Assembly (NCBI GenBank): GCA_026195275.1
Contig: JAPHQU010000002.1
Coordinates: 5,964 to 69,963, forward strand
Direction: 5' to 3'
From: Minisyncoccota bacterium
GTDB lineage: Bacteria > Patescibacteriota > Minisyncoccia > Phycocordibacterales > JABMNX01
Length of the DNA: 64,000 nt
Shown piece after piece: positions 59,155-64,000 of this stretch. The notes under the pieces are model-generated. The model saw only the letters and a program-made list of their open reading frames with translations, did no database searches and was not told the origin of the DNA. Each line of letters opens with the position of its first letter. The first letter of the stretch is position 1. The position numbers and the translations under genes are program-made.

Positions 59155-60705
59155 ATGAAAGACACAAGTCTATATCTCCCCGAGGACCTTCATGTGGGGC
59201 GTGCGAGCGAGCTTCACGGAAGGGACCGACTACTCTATCGCGCACTTGAGATCTTGCCCGGGACACTCTCGTGGTTGACCCTTATCGGGGTGGTCTTCCT
59301 CTCATTTTTTGCTCCAGTTGCCGCGGCATATCTTATCATCGCATTCTCGCTCTTTTGGCTTCTAAAGACGATCTACCTTTCGCTCCATGTTCGGCATAAC
59401 TGGCGTCGACTGAAGCGCAATATGAATATGGACTGGGAGAAGATGCTTGAGCACTTCTCGTATGGGCATTTGCGGCACCTGATCTTGCTTCCGTATTATC
59501 AAGAAGATTATGCAACAGTCTCAGCGACTGTTGCCAAACTCGCTGAGACCAGTGGTGATAAGAAGAAGATATATGTGGTGCTTGCTCCTGAGGAGCGGGC
59601 GGGGAAGAGTGCGCAAGAGATAGCTGAGCGTGTCGTGTCTGAGTATGGGTCGGTATTTGGATATATTGGCGTTAGTGTGCACCCGAAAGATGTGCCTGGA
59701 GAGATGGCGGGAAAGGGGTCAAATATCGCACATGCCGCACAGTGGGCGCGGACACACGTGCTCGACCCGCAAGGTATCTCCTACAAGGATGTCATTGTCT
59801 CCGCGTTTGATATTGATACAGTTGTCTACCCACAGTACTTTCTTTGTCTCAACTGGTATTTCCTTACCACTGAGCGTCCTGATTACGCGTCTTTCCAGCC
59901 GGTGCCGCTTTATAACAACAACATCTGGGAGGCACCGTCATTCTCGCGTGTGGCGGCAACCTCAGGTACCTTTTGGCAGATGATCCAACAGGAACGACCA
60001 GAGAAGCTCGCGACATTCTCCTCGCACGCGGTAAGCTTCGCGGCACTTCACCGAGTGGGTTACTGGCAGAAGAATATGGTAAGCGAGGACTCGCGCATTT
60101 TCTGGAATATGTTTTTTGCGCACAACGGTGATTATCGGGTAGTACCAATCTCGTATCCGGTTTCTATGGACGCAAATCTCGCAGTGAGCACGTGGCAGAC
60201 GTTTAAGAATATCTATAAGCAAAATCGACGGTGGACATACGGCGTCGAGAATGTGCCGTATATTATCTATCATGCGATACGGAACAAGCGGTTTTCTCTC
60301 TTCGATCGACTCCGCATGGTATGGGTTCAGATCGAGGGGTTCTGGTCGCTTGCCACACATCCGCTCATACTATTCTCGCTCGGCTGGTTGCCACTGCTTG
60401 TTGGTGGGCGTGAATTTAGTACCACAATCCTCTCGTACAACCTTCCAATCGTCGCGCGCACCTTCCTCACGCTTGCTATGGGCGGCTTGATCGTCTCCGC
60501 GATCATCTCGACCTCACTTCTACCGGAGCGTCCACAACATTGCTCTCGATCGAAATATATTGGTATGACCTTGCAGTGGATCTTGGTGCCGGTAACGATG
60601 ATCGTCTTTAGTGCGATACCGGGACTTGATGCGCAGACACGTCTTATGTTCGGTCGGTACATGGGCTTTTGGGTTACGCCAAAGCGCGCCACTCGTTCGA
60701 CTTAA
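59155..60705 (+). CDS. membrane glycosyltransferase family 2
   Basis: GKGSN, FDID, SEDSRIFW, Q..RW (KQNRRW), flanking TMs. Confidence 0.88.
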   Translation: MKDTSLYLPEDLHVGRASELHGRDRLLYRALEILPGTLSWLTLIGVVFLSFFAPVAAAYLIIAFSLFWLLKTIYLSLHVRHNWRRLKRNMNMDWEKMLEHFSYGHLRHLILLPYYQEDYATVSATVAKLAETSGDKKKIYVVLAPEERAGKSAQEIAERVVSEYGSVFGYIGVSVHPKDVPGEMAGKGSNIAHAAQWARTHVLDPQGISYKDVIVSAFDIDTVVYPQYFLCLNWYFLTTERPDYASFQPVPLYNNNIWEAPSFSRVAATSGTFWQMIQQERPEKLATFSSHAVSFAALHRVGYWQKNMVSEDSRIFWNMFFAHNGDYRVVPISYPVSMDANLAVSTWQTFKNIYKQNRRWTYGVENVPYIIYHAIRNKRFSLFDRLRMVWVQIEGFWSLATHPLILFSLGWLPLLVGGREFSTTILSYNLPIVARTFLTLAMGGLIVSAIISTSLLPERPQHCSRSKYIGMTLQWILVPVTMIVFSAIPGLDAQTRLMFGRYMGFWVTPKRATRST

Positions 60706-60731
60706 GGGAGATTCCAGGTATAGTAGTGGGT

Positions 60732-61586
60732 ATGCAGCCACTTCCGAGAAAAACACGACGTATTTACTTGGCACTCCTGGTGCTTGTTTTTGTTGTGTTG
60801 GTTCCGGCAACCGTCCTCTATTCTACCGGGTATCGTCTCGGTGAGGGATTCTCTTTGGTAAAGACCGGGGGTATTTATATCGGGGTCGGTGAGTCGGGCG
60901 CGGAACTTCTCCTTGATGGAAGAGTACGGAAGAAAGTCGGGATTCTTAAGAACGGCTTCTTTGTGCAAGACCTTACCCCACGCGTGTATTACGTGCGAGT
61001 GGAGAAGGAAGGATATCGACCATGGGAGAAGATCCTCGAAGTAAATCCACAGCGCGTCTCTGAAGCAGCAGCGTTTATCCTCCCTGAGCACATTCCGTAT
61101 GTCGAAGTGCTTCCGTCAGATTCAAAGTACGAAGACCTGCTTGATCTCTTTGCAACATCAACCGCAACAACACTCCAAACAGACGAGTACCCGGATGAGC
61201 TTGCCACCTCAACACACGGAGTGGTGCGTGAGGTGAAGCGCAAAGGAGATGTTGTCCTTTGGCAAGAAGAAGATGGGGTCTACGCACGCTGGGTCAATAG
61301 TGTGGGGCGCGCACCATCGTATTTCTGTGAGGAGCGGGTGTGCAACAAAGTCATACACGTAAAAGATCAGACTGTTGATTTCTTTGATTTTCATCCGCAG
61401 TCAAATGAGCTCCTCATCACTGTTTCAGATGGAGTGGCATATATGACCGAGATCGATCCACGAATTCCACGCAACACCCAGACACTTTTTGATGCGACTG
61501 GTATGATGGTCCGTACCAAGGGAGCGAGTATTTATTTCAAAGAACCAACAGGCACCGGATTTAAGATATTCGAGTACGAGTTGTAA
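60732..61586 (+). CDS. PEGA-domain membrane-anchored protein
   Basis: TM; YSTGYR...KTGGIY, L.P..Y.V.V.KEGY.PW.K.L.V. Confidence 0.8.
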   Translation: MQPLPRKTRRIYLALLVLVFVVLVPATVLYSTGYRLGEGFSLVKTGGIYIGVGESGAELLLDGRVRKKVGILKNGFFVQDLTPRVYYVRVEKEGYRPWEKILEVNPQRVSEAAAFILPEHIPYVEVLPSDSKYEDLLDLFATSTATTLQTDEYPDELATSTHGVVREVKRKGDVVLWQEEDGVYARWVNSVGRAPSYFCEERVCNKVIHVKDQTVDFFDFHPQSNELLITVSDGVAYMTEIDPRIPRNTQTLFDATGMMVRTKGASIYFKEPTGTGFKIFEYEL

Positions 61587-61722
61587 GAAGGGTAAAGAAA
61601 CAATGTTAATACCAAGGTCTTGAACCCGGTGATATATCATTAGATTCGAAGGTTCCACTCTTCGGCTTTCCGGGTCTGGAGACGTAATGCTCCAAAGGCA
61701 CTTTTTTGGTATACTCAGGCGT

Positions 61723-62454
61723 ATGACTGCTGAACATACAGCACACATACACCCCATCACGCGCATGATCCGCGAAATAAACGCGATTTTTGGCGAGATG
61801 GGTTTTACCTTTGCAGAAGGTCCTGAGATCGAGACCGAGCACTACAACTTTGACGCACTCAATGTGCCGGCTAATCACCCCGCGCGTGATATGTGGGATA
61901 CTTTCTGGCTTAAACCACTTAACGCAAAGAAACTCCTCCGCACCCACACCTCACCCGTCCAGGTGCGCTATATGGAAGCGCACAAGGACGATCTCCCGAT
62001 CCGGATTATTGCGCCGGGCAAGGTCTATCGACATGAGGCGACTGACATGACACATGAAGCGCAGTTTTACCAAGTCGAGGGGCTTATGATTGGGAAAGAT
62101 GTGACCTTAGCGCACCTCAAGGGGGTACTCACCACCTTTTTTGAGAAGTTCTTCGGCGCGGATGTCGAGGTCAGGCTTCGTCCGAGCTATTTCCCGTTTG
62201 TGGAGCCGGGGGTTGAGATTGATATGCGCTTGGTGGGGGAGAATGTACCCGAGCGGCTCGCGGGGAAGTGGATTGAGATTATGGGCGCCGGCATGGTCCA
62301 TCCGAAGGTGCTTGAGAGCTCAGGTATTGACCCGCGAGAATGGCAGGGTTTTGCGTTCGGTACCGGTGTTGAGCGGCTCGGCATGCTTAAGTACGGCATT
62401 GATGACACGCGCCTCTTTCACACAGGCGACCTCAGGTTCGTCAATCAGTTCTAA
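61723..62454 (+). CDS. pheS: phenylalanine-tRNA ligase alpha subunit, lacking the N-terminal coiled coil
   Basis: HPARDMWDTF, LRTHTSPVQ, FYQVEG, FPFVEPG, GFAFG.GVER. Confidence 0.97.
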   Translation: MTAEHTAHIHPITRMIREINAIFGEMGFTFAEGPEIETEHYNFDALNVPANHPARDMWDTFWLKPLNAKKLLRTHTSPVQVRYMEAHKDDLPIRIIAPGKVYRHEATDMTHEAQFYQVEGLMIGKDVTLAHLKGVLTTFFEKFFGADVEVRLRPSYFPFVEPGVEIDMRLVGENVPERLAGKWIEIMGAGMVHPKVLESSGIDPREWQGFAFGTGVERLGMLKYGIDDTRLFHTGDLRFVNQF

Positions 62455-62494
62455 ATTGGAGAGTAGAAAATGGGAGGTAGAAGATAGATACAAT

Positions 62495-62851
62495 ATGTCA
62501 AAAAGTTATGAAAATTTGGATATATGGAAAAATGGAACAGACTTTGCAACTCTGGTCTATAAAGTTACGTTGGATTTTCCAAAATCTGAACAGTTTGGTA
62601 TCACATCTCAATTGCGCCGCGCGGTAGTTTCCGCCCCTTTGAACATTGCCGAGGGATCAAGTCGTACTTCTAAGAAAGATTATGCTCGATTCATAGAGAT
62701 AGCCATAGGTTCTCTGAATGAGGTGGTAAGTTTACTCGTTATATCCAAGAATCTTGACTATCTAACAGTACAAAAGTATGAAGAAATGAAGGAAGCAGCC
62801 TTGGGTATCGGTCGGTCGCTTGGCGCTTTCAAGAAATATCTATTAAAATAG
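62495..62851 (+). CDS. four-helix-bundle protein inserted between pheS and pheT
   Basis: YENLDIW, FPKSEQFGITSQLRRA.VS..LNIAEG..R, FIEIAIGSLNE. Confidence 0.93.
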   Translation: MSKSYENLDIWKNGTDFATLVYKVTLDFPKSEQFGITSQLRRAVVSAPLNIAEGSSRTSKKDYARFIEIAIGSLNEVVSLLVISKNLDYLTVQKYEEMKEAALGIGRSLGAFKKYLLK

Positions 62852-62878
62852 CTAACTACATTCTACTTTCTACCTTCT

Positions 62879-64000
62879 ATGCTCATATCTTACAACTGGC
62901 TCCAGACATATTTTGATACAAAGCTCCCAACTCCCGACGAGCTTGCTGAGAAGCTCACTTTCCATTCGTTTGAGATTGAGGGGGTCGAGAAGACAGAGAA
63001 CGACACAGTGATCGATGTAGATGTCTTGCCAAACCGTGCACACGATTGTCTCTCGCATCGTGGCATCGCGAAAGAACTCTCGGTTCTCTTTGAGATACCG
63101 CTTAATCGTGATGTGCTTCGTGAAGACGAGCCGGAGTTCTCTGAGTCGAAGCTTCTCTCGGTTGATATCGAGGACTCTCTTTTGTGCCGCAGGTATAGCG
63201 CTGCGGTTATTCGCGGGGTAAAAGTCGCACCATCACCCGAGTGGCTCAAAGCGCGTCTCGAGGCGCTTGGACAGCGCTCGATAAACAACATTGTGGACGC
63301 GACCAACTACGTCATGTTTGGGCTTGGACAGCCACTTCACGCATTTGACATGAAGAAGCTTGAGGAGCGGGACGGTGCGTATCGTATTAACGTGCGTTCA
63401 GCACATGACGGGGAGAGTATCACGACACTCACTGGTGAAGGGTATGAACTCACACCTCAGACGCTCCTCATTACCGACGGTAATAGTGACGCACCGATCG
63501 GGATTGCGGGCATTAAAGGTGGGAAGATAGCCGAGGTTGATCAAGAAACGACCGACATTGTGCTTGAGTCTGCGAATTTCAACCCGGCACACACGCGCAA
63601 AAGCTCGCAGATACTCAAGCTTCGCACTGATGCGTCGACTCGTTTTGAGAATGAACTTGCGCCGGAGTATGCGCCATACGGCCTTCGTGAAGTGGTTGCG
63701 CTCATCCTCGATATCGCCGGCGGCGAAGCTGAGGGGTATGTTGATATATTTCCACGACAGCAGAGTATTCCATACATAACAGGAGTATCACTTGAGGAGA
63801 TCAACAGTCTTTTAGGCACTTCTGTGAAGGAACAGGATGTCGAGCAAATACTCGATCGTTTTGGATTCGTGTTTGAGAGGGTGTCGCCGATTGACCGGGT
63901 CCTTGAAGAAGCTCGGAAACACGAGGGTGTGTCGTATAAGTATGGAGCAAGTATTCGGTTTGACGCACCCAAGGCATTCGATTGCTCGTCGTTTGTCTCA
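62879..64000 (+). CDS. pheT: phenylalanine-tRNA ligase beta subunit (partial, runs off the window) with an in-frame NlpC/P60-like segment
   Basis: Hand-translated open frame: MLISYNWL, VLPNRAHDCLSHRGIAKE, SINNIVDATNYVM..GQPLHAFD, RTDASTRFE; not in the ORF track because there is no stop in the window. Confidence 0.95.
   Translation, partial: MLISYNWLQTYFDTKLPTPDELAEKLTFHSFEIEGVEKTENDTVIDVDVLPNRAHDCLSHRGIAKELSVLFEIPLNRDVLREDEPEFSESKLLSVDIEDSLLCRRYSAAVIRGVKVAPSPEWLKARLEALGQRSINNIVDATNYVMFGLGQPLHAFDMKKLEERDGAYRINVRSAHDGESITTLTGEGYELTPQTLLITDGNSDAPIGIAGIKGGKIAEVDQETTDIVLESANFNPAHTRKSSQILKLRTDASTRFENELAPEYAPYGLREVVALILDIAGGEAEGYVDIFPRQQSIPYITGVSLEEINSLLGTSVKEQDVEQILDRFGFVFERVSPIDRVLEEARKHEGVSYKYGASIRFDAPKAFDCSSFVS

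Noticed and set aside
61587-61722. T-box riboswitch for pheS
   Set aside because: The region is short and the only GTGGAACC-like motif is on the opposite strand

Overview
This window looks like the chromosome of a Patescibacteria/CPR bacterium, probably Parcubacteria. That assignment is inferred from gene content: split transketolase, truncated PheS/PheT, type-B L31, a stand-alone VirD4/VirB4-like ATPase and near-leaderless genes. Almost all genes are on the + strand. Layout: rsmI and cell-surface genes (0.6-6.5 kb); a ~20 kb glycan locus with 7 GT4s, AsnB, methyltransferases, GT9, pyruvyltransferase, deacetylase, Wzx and O-antigen ligase-TPR (6.5-26.8 kb); two candidate sRNAs and a histone-H1-like gene; secA, obgE, gatB; an accessory surface-fibre locus (33.5-44.2 kb); a glycolysis/pentose-phosphate cluster with cfa; a TrpR-like gene framed by phased 20-bp palindromes; translation genes; tRNA-Thr; pheS, a four-helix-bundle gene and pheT (cut by the window end). 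Best leads: (1) the HTH-TM-fibre / tatC-tatA / twin-arginine adaptor / phage-type adhesin / sulfotransferase locus, a candidate Tat-assembled host-attachment fibre; (2) an NlpC/P60 peptidase motif in frame inside PheT; (3) the TrpR-like gene with arrays of TCATACGATATATCGTATGA plus a remote copy at 149-176; (4) four-helix-bundle genes bracketed by complementary short-period repeats; (5) a scrambled, partly inverted tRNA-Thr copy. All family calls come from reading motifs by eye; no database searches were run.
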